NCBI GenBank assembly: GCA_051294375.1
Contig: CM119269.1
Coordinates: 10,227,056-10,291,055 of the forward strand
DNA from: Paraspadella gotoi
Taxonomy: Eukaryota; Animalia; Chaetognatha
Direction: 5' to 3'
Length of the DNA stretch: 64,000 bases
In this document: positions 45,001 through 56,634 of the stretch, piece after piece
How positions within the stretch are numbered: the stretch's first letter is position 1
How the letters are laid out: each line of letters starts with the position of its first letter
Notes under the pieces: generated by a model
What the model was told of the DNA's origin: nothing
The model's database searches: none
What the model saw: the letters and a program-made list of their open reading frames with translations, nothing else
Program-made: the position numbers and the translations under genes

Positions 45001-48000
45001 CGCCTGTAACATGGTGTTACAGCCTGATCCGAAGCTCACGGACTGCTTATATTGAACGGTTCTGTCACTAACACATAACAATAATTACTGTCTCTTCACT
45101 TTCTCCTAATTGTTTTCGTTTTTCCTTTTAGCTAATTTTATACATTTACATCAAAGAATATTTTGAAATATAATATGCATCTGCATATATTTTCTTTCAA
45201 ATTAAATTCTTACATGCAATAATATTCTATTTTTATTTAAAAAAATAAATAATCTTTCTAATTTTATTTTTGATCAATCGATCATTCAACCATTCAATTA
45301 ATAAATTGATATTCATAAATAAACTTTGTTTTCTCTTGTTTACAAACAACGGGGTTTTTTTTTCATAAAACGGACATGTTTCAACTCTAGTTTTTCCGAG
45401 TCTACATCAGCGCGTGAGAGTCAAAACATGTCCGTTTTTTTTTAAATAAAAGCCCGTTGTTTGTAAACAAATAAACTTTGCTTTCACTTATCTATAAGCG
45501 CAACGAAAAGAAAGTCTTAACACAATATTCATAATTATATTTATATTTATGGTTATGGTTTATGAAAGACTAACAACAGAAAACATGCTTTCAAAAAACT
45601 AACAACTATAAAAATAATGAGGAAGAGAAATAGAAAAATAAAAAGCAAAAGAGAAAGAAAGAAAGAGAAAGAGAAAACAAAATATATACAGAATTAGAAT
45701 TACATTGTGCTTTTTATTTCATGAGTCAAAAGAAAGATTTATTATAATGCTTTATTTGATTAGCTGATGGGTAGATTCAAGATAGTTTTCTCAAACCAAT
45801 TTTCTCATTTATCAACTATAATGTGTACCTCATTTATCTGAAATAGAAGATAAAGACGATTCAGGAGCCGGAGTTAAGGAAAAAATACCATTAAATACTT
45901 TAAATATTAATATTTTAAATTTAAAGTTAAATTATAAAATTAACCGATTTTAATGGTTAACCGTTAAAAACGTTAGTTAAAAATTAACGGTTGACGGAAC
46001 CCTAATCACAAGCAACAACAAGAGAAAGAGCGCAAAATAATATCCGAATGATATTCTCGTTTTTCCTTAGATACGAAATGGACAAAGAGCATCTAAAAAG
46101 AGAAAAGTTAAAAAAACTGCCGGAAGAAGATAGGATTAAGGAAGAGAAAAGACTGGAAGAAATGGATAAAAAACACAAGGTTTGTATATAAAGTCAGGGG
46201 CAAGATAGCTTATTTATTAAATGAATGGATAATTTTTTTATTGGTTGTACCAATTTCATATAATATATATATAATATATAAATATTAAGGGAGTGGTCTT
46301 TTCATACAATTGAAACATTCTTTGAAATAGTATACCACTTCATTGACAGGGAAGCCAGGTACTCTTGAGAGTAAATAAACGAGACTGTGAGAGCTTGCAT
46401 GGACCTGCTATGTCATTATCTTGTAAGAGTGATGGAGGCCTTAAACCACCAAAGTCAGGGGCAAGATAGCTTATTTATTAAATGAATGGATAATTTTTAT
46501 ATTGGTTGTACCAATTTCATAGTATATATGATGTATAATGAGTGCAAGTGAATAGGTCTAAATGCTGACGAATTGTTTATTCCAGTGGCACAAAAGATAA
46601 ACTAAACCACTTTTAAATTCCCATAACGGGCTTCCAATTTACATAAACTGTCTCATATTATGAGTCATAATTCATAATGAGCTGCTTTTTTACTTGTCTT
46701 CTAAACGTTACCTTAACTTATCGTTTTACTTTTAGGGTAATTTCTCGTATCATTTTCTTCATGAGAAAACATGAAGATTCGTCAAAATATTAAAATACGA
46801 AAATACGAACTTATTGTCATCCGGTTTCCAGAGAAACAGATTTTACACATTTTGATTTTTTTTTTCATTTGTTTAAAGGATCACGAAAAGATCCACCATC
46901 CAGGTTCAAAGGATCAATTGGAAGAAGTTTGGGAAGAAACCGACAAACTCGACAAAAATGACTTCGACCCTAAGACTTTCTTTAAATTACACGACACAAA
47001 TGGAGACCAACATTTAGGTAACTATTATAAGGCTTACTTTTAAAGATTCCTTTAATGGAACGGGGGTAGGGGTGACGGAACGTCTGTGATGCCCGGGCTG
47101 TGAGGCATATTCCGAGCGAGGGCGATCAGTGCTTTAGACCTGCAGTGACCACCCTAGGTCACTGGCGTGTTTGTTCTAGTACCATCACACTTTCACCAGC
47201 GTGACGGTGAAGGTGTTGAGCTCGGAACTCGGGTAGAAATTGAGAACTTTGCGATCTAAGCCAATCATGACCAATTGACCATGCTATACTGATGGCGAAA
47301 TTATGTTTTCAGTAGCGCTACAAGTATTCGTATTTTCACTTATTGATAATAAGTACTTAATTCAGATATTATTGTTCAAACACTCTTGATTCTTAAGGCT
47401 TATATTTTTTGGGTTCATTTGTCTGCAATCAGAATAAAATTGGTCAGCAATAGAGATCCTATTATATTATTTCTAAATATGATTCTTTTTCATGTAACTC
47501 GGTAAACTGTAAAAATTTCAAAAAGAAAAAAAAAAATTGACATGTTTATGAAACATTGTTTAGTCATCAACCTCGTCCTGCAAAAATTGTTTTTGTTACA
47601 TAGTTTAGCTTTTTACTCTGTATTTTATCCGTCGTTGGCGACTTGATACAATAAAACTATGAGGACGATGATCCAAAGCAGCATTGTTAAGACTATGCCG
47701 TGAATAACCATTTTTTTTGCTTCCTTTCCTCGACGTTCGGCCAGTTTGTAGTTGCCTTGCAGTGCCAAAGTCTTGGATTCACTTGCACTCACCACAGCCA
47801 TGGTACCAAGACAAAGAAAGTTGCAACACAAACAAGTGATCCACGACAAAGTTAGATGATCTGAAATTTGTAAATAAATAAATGTAAATAAAACAATCTG
47901 CAAGATCTCTTATTGAAATTTACTTAAATAAAAGGACTATGATTCATACATTTCTTCTGGAATCAGGATTTTATTCAAAATTGTTGTCTATAAAATTTTC

Positions 48001-51000
48001 TATTTTATATTTGTTTGTGATGGAGGCTTTGACCCAGCAAAGCCTGTCCCAAGTCAGGAGGAAAGATAGCCCTTTTATATTGAATGAATGGATGATTTTC
48101 TTAAGGTTTTTACGAATTTCGTAGGTCGTTATTGGACGAAACATTTTACATTGTACAACGTTCTTTATTTTTTAAGACTTGATCTTCATCTCACTTCTTA
48201 TTCAGGTTTTAGGAATTTTCGCCGTTTGTTACCTCTTAATAAGTATAATGAAATATACTATAGTATATATATTATAATCTAAAAACCTCCTGTTAAATAT
48301 TTAGTTTGCTGTTATTATTGTTACCTGGAGGAATTTTTTTTTCGGGCATTTTCGGTTGATGAATGACTACCATTGGAGTCACAATTTGGTTGTATTCCAC
48401 AGATTTTTCTTCCATATCCTTCATTTCGTGGTTGAAAGATTATTCTTAAAAAATAATAATTGATAAAAAAAGTTGGTGGTTTATTTCGAATACCTACCTA
48501 AAATAAAAATGATCTGTCAATTGCCTTAATAAATTTGTTAAATATAATTAAATAGTCGTTCACGTTCCAGGGATATGCATTCGTTTCGATCAAAACCTTT
48601 TCTAATCACGTTGCCAGTTAAACAAGTCGTTCAACTTGCGAAATCACTCTGAGTAAAAAATTCCAGTGAGCGGATTAGCTGAATCGAAAGCTACCTTACG
48701 AATTCTGTTCCGAGCGTGACTTAACCAAGAGTAACGAACAATACGACCGCTCCTAGAATGTATTTTAAAATTGGATTTCCTTAACTAAAGAATAACATTT
48801 TGTCAGCCAATAAAAAAAAAAAACTTTTAAACTTTTACTTTCGCCACCCGGGGTTTTGGCCTCCTTTGAAAAACCATTAAAAAATATTTATTTTTAAAAA
48901 AACTAAAAAATTATTATCTAATTCCCCTCTTAACCCTTACAACCCCTAACGCTAAACCACACTCAACACTAAACCCCCCTCTAACCCCAGTCGGCGAAAG
49001 TAAAATTATGCTAAAAAATAGTGAAATTTAAAGAAAATAAAATAAAATCCTGATTTGATTTTTAGTTAGTTAAAAAACAATCTCGATTCAAGAAAATATT
49101 TTGATATAGTTGTGGTCGGTTATATACAAACATAATTTTGGTTTTACGAATAATATAAGACGGAAATGTACAATTTATTTTAGCTCTATATTTACATGCA
49201 TCTTTATTTCGTTGGCATAGATGAACTTGAAGTTGAAGCGTTGTTTGAGAATGAACTTTCCAAGATGTACAACGAGGATAATCCAGAAGATGATATGAAT
49301 GAAAAGGTGATTTCTATATATTTTTATAGTTTGATGTAATATTTTTATCTCAGATTTAAAGAAAATTACATTTTATTTTTGTCTGTAGGAAGAGGAACGA
49401 AACCGCATGCGTGAACACGTCTTCAATGAAATTGACAAAGACAAGGATTTTCTGATTTCCTTAGAAGAGTTCATTCGTGGAACTCAGGCTGAAGATTTCG
49501 AAAAGGATGAAGGCTGGAAGACGTTAGATGATGAAGAGGTAAACAGTCAACTGTTAAGATTTGTTTTTTAAGTTGCGCATATTTTTTGTAATGTCGGGTT
49601 GTTTGTGTTGAAACTTTGCTGAAAAGTGATCAACCATGAGACGTTTGTTATACATAAATTTCATAGTCATGTAGTCACGTGATAACAGGGAAATACACAT
49701 GAAAAGAAAGTCACAGTATGTACCGATCTTGTTGGAATTAAAACAAGTTTGAGCAAACAATGTCGGATCTGCCCACGATCATTAGCGGTAATTAATTAAT
49801 TAATTAGTTAATAAATTAATTAATTTGATCTGAAATATTTGTTATTAGGTCTTTTCGTCACTGACCACGACAAAAGCAACAAAGACAATGATGACGACGA
49901 CGATAATTATGCTGATAACGATTGACTTGATTGATTGATTATTGATTAAATAATTAATTAATAGATAACTAAATAAATTTATTGATTGAATAATTGATTG
50001 ATTAATTGACCGATTAATTTATTATTTATTAATTGACTAATTGATTAATTAATTAAATTGATTAATTAATACATCTTGCATTTACATTTAATATAAAAAG
50101 AAAAAAAAGCATAATCAATTAATGAAACAGGTTTTTTGTTTTTTCCATTTAAACTAAATTTCACTCAGACGATTCCATCGAAACTTAATTTCTAGCTTAA
50201 TCACACACTTTCCTACCCACATACAAAATTTCAAGTCAATCGCCTCCATCCACTCAAGAAATATATTTTTTGTTTTTCCATTTAAACTCTTTTCCACTCG
50301 CACGATTCCATAAAATCTTCATATCCAGCTTCCTTATCCACACACAAAATTTCATTCCAATCCATCCATCCAATCACGAGCAATTGAAGTTTTTTGCTTA
50401 GGCGAAACAGACGGACGGACATCATTTTTTTTTTTGCATAATTTATCATAATTCGATGTTCTAACATGATATAAATGACAAGATTGTGGGGGCGGACCGA
50501 CAAAGTGAATTATAGAATTATAAAATTATCGTACAATGTACAGTTACAAAGATTTGTAGCCAACTTACCAAAAAGTACATATTGAAGAGACGTAAGCCTC
50601 CCAGAAATATTTCACTTTCACAATTCTTTAGGTTCTCGCAGAGATTCTGGTTCGTTTTTTGGTAAGGAAAATGAATATGACGATAAGAAATATCGTAATG
50701 CGCTATTTATGGACTTTCCGCGCCCAATTTCTATGAAATATTACTTCCGGTTTGAGAATATGATAGGTTTTTGTTAAATATGGTTATTTATGAATGGTAT
50801 TATTGGGTTTTTTGTTATATTTGATTTAAAATACAATAATAAATTCTATAGATAGCAAATAGTAAACAAATTATTATAAATATACTATAAAATATTATAT
50901 AAATTGTTAAGTTATAATAAAAATTCTTAATTTTTTCCAAAATTTTTTATTTTCGAGTTGGTGGAAAACTGAAATGAATTTTTATTCCATCTAAAGCTAT

Positions 51001-54000
51001 CTGTGGTACTTTTAAACACGTCAACCGTTCAAAATTCAAGAATATTTATTTCAATTAACTTTAAACAATTAACCATTATACAACTAAGTGTAGAAGACGA
51101 AAATACGAGAAAATTAGATTAGAACAAAAAAAAGATCCAACAATAATAGGTAACAAAAATAACTAAATTCGAACTAACTATAGTGACGTGCATCATATCC
51201 TGCGGCTTCCATCAGCTCTTCAACAGAGTCAGAAGCAGAAACGCTTTCAAAGCATTTCCTGGTTGCTCGCGGAAATGCTCGTCGAACTAACTCTACTGAT
51301 TGTAAAATATTTTGACGCGTTTCTTGATTTTTTGTCAAGACTTGGGTAAAATCTGAACCGAACTTTACGGCGCGTTCACCAGCATCGTTTGTTACATGCA
51401 ACGCAGAGACAATACTCTTTAATTGACAGTATGTTGGGTCAGATCTCCAAGATTCGACAGGAAGCATTAAAAAGGTTGGGTGAATGCCAACTCTCTAAAT
51501 GAAAAAAAATTAACATCAGCAACAGAAATTATGAAATTATAAATTTAACGAGATCACATACCTTAAAAAGTAACCAAGATTCTGAATCAACGAAATCTTC
51601 TAGATTCTTATCAATATCGATTGACGGAATTGCTGGTTTTCCAGGGGGAACCTCACAAGGCTCATTTGAAGGCAGGAGAAGTGCTTTGGCGATGTGACTT
51701 TTGACTGTATCATCGACCAGCTGAGAAAAAAGAGCAAAAACTACATGACGCCCAGACAAGTACCATGTGTGGCGTTCAAGAACACGCAGAAGGACAGCAG
51801 AGAGGGAAGGATCTCGCGTTCTCCATTTATGTATGTCATTCCAAAGAGCAAGAGTCAGGAACGGGGCATCTGCAGCAACTGGAATAGCAAACCAGTACCT
51901 TCCGTAAATGTAGAGAATGAAATAGGCGAGATCAAGTAAACCTTTGGCCTGCTTTTGACCAAGGTGCACTCGTTCTTCTCCACACACAATCATTTTCAAA
52001 ATATAAATGGCAGCAGCCATCCAACGAGCGTGATGGATGGTACCTACTTTGTCCGACCATTTTAACTCGGTCTCTTGTCCAGTAAGAAACTAAAGATAAA
52101 AAAAAATTGTAGCGAATTCAGGTAAATTTAGGTAAATTTAGGTAAATTCATGTGTCTGTCTTTTACCATTATGAGCCGAGCAAACAAGGTAATCCCCCTT
52201 TGGAAAGGTGTTTCTTCCGCCATGAAGTTAGAGAAAAAAGCTTTGGTTGCATCCAAAAATTCGCGTGTAACGTCATCTTCAGGAGAGAGAAGATTCAAAC
52301 GGAGAGAAGCATTGGTGCGGATTTCCTCTTTTTCCACGGTCTCCAACGAATTAAAGAAGTGGCGAAGCGACTGAAATACTTCTCGCGTGGACCGGAGGTC
52401 GGCCCTAATTTTTCAGTAACAGCAGCCTCCATCAAAAGATCGAGCACGTGATGAAGACACGCGAGCCAGAGGAGCTGCTTGTGCAAATCTTGCTCAATGA
52501 AGACATTTGCTCCTACATAAAAAAAAATTAGAGTATTAAATGGTTTTCAACTTCGGTATTTATATATTACAGTATTACCTTGGTTTGATCCAGTATTGGC
52601 TCTGGTCGTGTCAAATGAAAGAGCAATCACGCGGTCAGCAATTCCCCATTCTCTTAGTAATTGTACAACCGTTGTTGCCATGTTCTTGCCAGTTTCCTTT
52701 GGGAATAGGGATATCTCCCAACATTTTTTCTTTTCCATTCCTTCTCCAGTTACACATAGTCCTAAAAAATCATTTTTAAGACCATAATGTTTTCGTATTT
52801 TCCCGTCAAAATGTGCCTCCAAAAATATAGGAAAAACAAAGTTGTCCTGGAAGGAAAAAAAAAATTATTGATAGAAACTTTTTAAAAAAATTGCAAAATT
52901 TACCTTAATAATCTTAGAAGTTTCTTTATCATGTGCGATGCGTTCTAATCGAATTGATTCTTCTGACGGGGGGAATTTGCCCAAGTTTCCACCACCAGAC
53001 TGAATAGTGGAAGCACAAAACCGAAACAAATCCGCATTGGAAGTTTTAGATCGGCGAGCATGAAGATTCAAATCTCTAATCCATTTTTTGTCGTTTAGCG
53101 TAATAGTAATTTCGGTTTTCTTCTTTGGAACCTTTGGGTGGGGGACGGCGTAATCTGGATCTGAGGGATCAAGAGGAGACGAAGATGACATCGGCGATTC
53201 CATCACTTTGGGGCCATAAAAAAACTATATTCTCGGATGAAGTAGTTGCATTGTCAACCTGGACATAAAATATAATAATGATAAAAGTGGCATGAAATTG
53301 TGCTGAATACAGCAAAGAATAGCTTACCTCTTTGCGATTTTCTTCTTTTTTTGACACGTTCACTTTTTTGTTGTTCTCTCTCAGAAGATCTTTCAAATCT
53401 TTTGATGCGTTTAATATCGAGAGGACCCAAGGAATGAGGTCGATTATCACGAATCGCGAGCAAAAACTGTTTATCTTCCTCCTTCTCTTGGAGCGAAAGT
53501 GTTTTGTCAGAATCTATGATGCCGAAAGCTTTTTCGGCGCTGATGTCAAATCGCGTTTTCAAGTCATCTAAGAATTGTTGCTTCCTGGCTACATAGGTTG
53601 ATGAACATTTTTTTTCCATCGCGTAAGTCACAGAAACGTTGATATAATCGTTTTACTTTTTTTTTTACGTTAGTCTTTGTCATGAGTGGGAGATACGATG
53701 GCGCCCAATGTAGAAGAAGGGAGTTAGCAGCGTTTATGTAGGCGAGTTCAGCGTCCATCTTTTTCTTGACCAAAGTTGAAAAAAAAAAGTGTCGGAGCAC
53801 ATCTTTCGTCGTTGGAAAAGGACCTGGCTTTAAAGTTTCAAGAGCTTCTTGAAGCTCAAACTCATCACAAATATGCTTCTTTGGTTTTCGGTCTCCATTA
53901 TTATAGAAGATGTAATCTGTGATGATAAAAAAATTCGAAATTGAAAAAAATCAAATGTTAAAATCGGTAGAAACAAGGTAAAAACATGGAAAATCATAAA

Positions 54001-56634
54001 TTAAAAACCTTGTTACAAACGGTTGACGACTGACGCGCAAGATGAATTTCGAATAATGACCTGTCAACCAGTGATTTTCCTCGATGGGTTCATACGAATT
54101 TGGCAGGAAAAAAGGTTGGTTTTTTCACCGTATCTCTTGACGGTGATTAGTTATTCCTAGGAAAAAATTCTTCTCCGTATCTCTCGATGGTGATTGTTCG
54201 ATGGCTTACCACAAATTTGAGGGAAAAAGGTTATTTTTTTCTCCATATCTTACGACGGTGATTGGTCGAGGCCGCGAATACAGGAACTAAGGTAAGGTAT
54301 ACTCGCTATCTCAATCTGATATGCGGAAAGGAACCGGATTGGCTAATATTAAAAACTATCTAAAATTAATTCTAAACTATCTTTAAAGATTGCACAAACT
54401 TATCATTATATACCTTTTAAACCGGAAGTGAGCGCCATATATTGGCGGGGAAAGTCCATCTAGAGTAACTTTAGAAAATTTTCTATATTATAGTCGTTTT
54501 CAACACAAAAAATAGTACCAGAAACTTTGCGAGAACTGTAGGAATTCTATAGGTGGATATTTTTCTGGGAAGTCTAAGAGACAGTAATAATTGTTATATG
54601 AAATTGGTACAACCAATATAAAAATTATCCATTCATTTAATAAATAAGCTATGTTAGTGACAGAACCGTTCAATATAAGCAGTCCGTGAGCTTCGGATCA
54701 GGCTGTAACACCGTGTTACAGGCGGGTTAAGCACCCCGTCCTCCTTAACTGCAAGGCGACCACCGGGCTAGAACCCCGGACCTTTGGGTTGAGAGGTGAA
54801 TGACTTGCCTCCGGCACCAATGGCCGCTGATGAACGGTTGGTGGATTTTAGTCCACCATAATATATATTTTTTCTGGATCTTTTGAACTATGGACTGTGA
54901 ACAGTTTAAGTGGTGGTCCCCCTTTATAATAATTTGATATCTATTTAAAAACTATGTATGAGAGATATAAATTTTAAGAGAAAAAAAATTGTGCAAATTC
55001 TTCAACCGCCATCAAAGATCAAAAACATTTTGCTTTCACAGTTAAACTTTAATGTAAGTGAAAATGTAATAGTATTTTTTTTTTTTTTGCTACTGCTTTA
55101 CATTTGAAAACCGAAAAATGCATACATGCTGATTTACGTTAGTCATGGAAAAAATTAAGCGTTTATCCCGACCACCCCTCACCCCTATCCCAACCAAAAC
55201 GTCCTTTTCAAGCAACAGCAATTTTCAGAGGACGAACTCGCCGCTTACGAGAAAGAACTGGAGAGGCGCGAGATGGACGAAGAGGAAAAACAAAGAAAGT
55301 TAAATGCCAAGCATGCAAAAGCTGCCGATAACATGGTTAGTAAAATAAATAGCAGAGGGGAACGTTAGGTTATAGTTATATTTGGGCTAAATCGCAGATT
55401 CTCAGTCAACCTCTCACGACCTAACCGCTCTTACCTGATGGTAGTTAATTACACTCACAGTGTTTTTTTACTTTTATTACGTAATTTTTTATCGTCGCAT
55501 ATCGCTTTGCTGTTCGTTGCGACGATCTCGTAACGCTTTTTCGCAATAAGTGCGCGTAGGCGGTCGTCGTTGTTGTCGTCGGTCGTCGGTCGATGTCATT
55601 CAACTTATTGATGATCGCTCTTTTTTTATGATTAAGTTAATACATATTTCTTTTATTAGTTTTTTATCGTCGCAATCGCTTTGCGTTCGACGATCTCGTA
55701 ACGCTTTTTCGCAAAGTGGCGTAGGGTCGTCGTGTTGTCGTCGTCGTCGGCATTCCACTTATTGATCGCCTTTTTTATGATTAAATTTGGGTATATGAGC
55801 TGAAAGTTATATACGCTTCCCATCATCGATGTCCTTAAAATTGGGTCAGGACAGTTATTAAATATGTTTTGTTTACGTTTTATCAAAACAAACAAATATC
55901 CTCTATTTTATTTTTATTTCTCCTTCTCTCTCTCTTTATCTTTTAATTAAATGTAGTTATCTCTCTCTTTTTTCCCAGTGCTGATTTATCGGGGAAAAAA
56001 CCGAGTCTGCAGCTGGCTCTGAAGGGGCTTTTTCTTTTTCTCTCTTTCTCCTGCTGCCTTTTGATTTTTTCTTTTTTTCTGGCTGCCTCTGCTGCTGCCG
56101 TGCTGATTCGTCCGAAAACGATTTGGCTTCTTTTTTTTCTCTCTCTCTCTCTCTCTTTCTCTTTCTTTCTCTTTTTTTCTCTCTCACTCTTTTTTTTCTC
56201 TCTCTCTTTCTCTCTCTCTTTTTTAATTGATTTATATATAAAACATAATTTTCCTTTATCAAATTTGATTTTTTGAGTGTCAAAGTTTGTCATGGGTCCA
56301 TATTTTTTTATACAATTGCGACGATCCTTATGCTTTTAAGATTTTTTTATTATATATTTCTTTTCCATCACCGTCCGAAAAATCCTCAGACGGTTAATGA
56401 GAATCTTCTAGTATTTTACCTGAGTTTCAAAACCGTTATTTTTTCTCCTTTAAATTTTAGGAACTGGTCCGCAACGCTGCGGACGGTAATGTGGCAAGGA
56501 TGCAGGCCCAAGTCGCCGGCCAAGGGTCTCCAAATAATGGGCCAATCCACTTAGAAGGCCAAGTTCCACCGGGACCGCCACAGAACGAGGCTAAAGAGTC
56601 TTCAGTTCCAAAAGCTAAAAATCAAGATATTTAA
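42081..56634 (+). CDS. NUCB2: Nucleobindin (NUCB1/NUCB2 family), secreted EF-hand protein, 8 exons
   Basis: Signal peptide; [27 protein letters not shown]; [17 protein letters not shown]; [15 protein letters not shown]; [28 protein letters not shown]. Exons start at 42081, 42295, 46071, 46879, 49221, 49389, about 55212 and 56461. NUCB1 versus NUCB2 is not distinguishable by eye. Confidence 0.95.
42831..43469. mobile_element. Tc1/mariner-type MITE (family R2)
   Basis: About 50-bp near-perfect TIRs CAGAAGGCTTCATATTATAAAATGAG..GTACCCCTTTTTTGTGA, with TA flanks. Confidence 0.85.
44365..44533 (+). mobile_element. Degenerate twister-SINE, subfamily C
   Basis: Aligns to the reverse complement of 36640-36830. 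P3 is partly deleted and L4 is mutated to UUGGAAGG, which breaks T2. The tail is interrupted by the hAT element. Confidence 0.7.
44863..45098 (+). mobile_element. tRNA-derived SINE-like element with twister ribozyme, subfamily B copy 1
   Basis: 5' hairpin TGGTGGA..TCCACCA; tRNA-like head closed by GCGGCCA/TGGCCGC with T-arm CCGGG GTTCTAG CCCGG; twister motif at 44972-45046. Confidence 0.8.
44972..45046 (+). ncRNA. Putative type-P5 twister ribozyme (B1); predicted cleavage between 44996 and 44997
   Basis: GCAGU-UAA-GAGA-GA-CG-GGGGCGCU-U^AA-CCC-GCC-[UGUAACA UGG UGUUACA]-G-CCUGA-UCCGAAGC-UCACGG-ACUGC. P2 is weak. Confidence 0.62.
45337..45470. repeat. Palindromic MITE-like element
   Basis: Arms TTGTTTACAAACAACGGG..CGGACATGTT / AACATGTCCG..CCCGTTGTTTGTAAACAA. 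A related palindrome lies at 57440-57690. Confidence 0.75.
47084..47297 (-). mobile_element. Twister-bearing SINE-like element, subfamily D (head degenerate)
   Basis: Shares only the ribozyme core and the downstream ATGCC../GGGCATCACAG hairpin with subfamily C. Confidence 0.65.
47121..47197 (-). ncRNA. Putative type-P5 twister ribozyme (D); predicted cleavage between 47173 and 47172
   Basis: GGUGA-AA-GUGU-GA-UG-GUACUAGAA-C^AA-ACAC-GCC-[AGUGACC UAGGGU GGUCACU]-G-CAGG-UCUAAAGC-ACUG-A-UCGCC. Perfect 4-bp P2 ACAC/GUGU; T1 is UA/UG. Confidence 0.75.
47625..48424 (-). CDS. CD225/dispanin-family (IFITM/PRRT-like) small membrane protein nested in a nucleobindin intron, 2 exons
   Basis: [33 protein letters not shown]|[51 protein letters not shown] plus a C-terminal TM segment; phase-1 GT-AG intron. 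Confidence 0.88.
48834..49003. mobile_element. MITE family R3 copy
   Basis: TTTACTTTCGCCACCCGGGG / CCCCAGTCGGCGAAAGTAAA TIRs. Confidence 0.75.
49742..50515 (-). mobile_element. DINE-1/Helentron-like element (family R1)
   Basis: Reverse-complement copy of 37306-38140. Confidence 0.72.
50593..54576 (-). mobile_element. Full-length hAT-superfamily DNA transposon (probably hATm group)
   Basis: Imperfect ~180-bp TIRs (TAAGCCTCCCAGAAA.. / ..TTTCTGGGAAGTCTA). Flanks AGAGAC-G and AGAGACAG look like a decayed 8-bp TSD. Three subterminal repeats at 54105-54270. Confidence 0.85.
51174..53898 (-). pseudogene. Intron-containing hAT transposase with apparent frameshifts
   Basis: Motifs HFDGK (D1), [10 protein letters not shown] (D2), LACLHH (CxxH), HHARWMA, RHTWYLS and [11 protein letters not shown] (E). 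Short GT-AG introns; frame breaks near 53610 and 52355. Confidence 0.85.
54577..54861 (-). mobile_element. tRNA-derived SINE-like element with twister ribozyme, subfamily B copy 2
   Basis: Reverse-complement copy of 44863-45098. The tail is interrupted by an R4 fragment (54598-54650) and by the hAT transposon. Confidence 0.8.
54679..54752 (-). ncRNA. Putative type-P5 twister ribozyme (B2); predicted cleavage between 54729 and 54728
   Basis: GCAGU-UAA-GGAG-GA-CG-GGGUGCU-U^AA-CCC-GCC-[UGUAACA CGG UGUUACA]-G-CCUGA-UCCGAAGC-UCACGG-ACUGC. T1 is CG/CG. Confidence 0.72.
55491..56341 (+). mobile_element. Helentron/HINE-like element (family R5) with a duplicated 5' module
   Basis: Homologous to 32601-33460; the 5' ~175 bp is present twice. 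Confidence 0.6.

Larger units (their letters stand above)
44534..46004. mobile_element. Non-autonomous hAT element with 8-bp TSD
   Basis: TIRs TAGAGTTCCGATAACCGTTAA / TTAACGGTTGACGGAACCCTA; perfect TSD ATCACAAG at 44526-44533 and 46005-46012; subterminal AACCGTTAA repeats. Confidence 0.88.

Noticed and set aside
54822-54861. CTGATGA followed by a hairpin, suggesting a hammerhead
   Set aside because: No GAAA after the stem; it is the reverse complement of the subfamily B leader.
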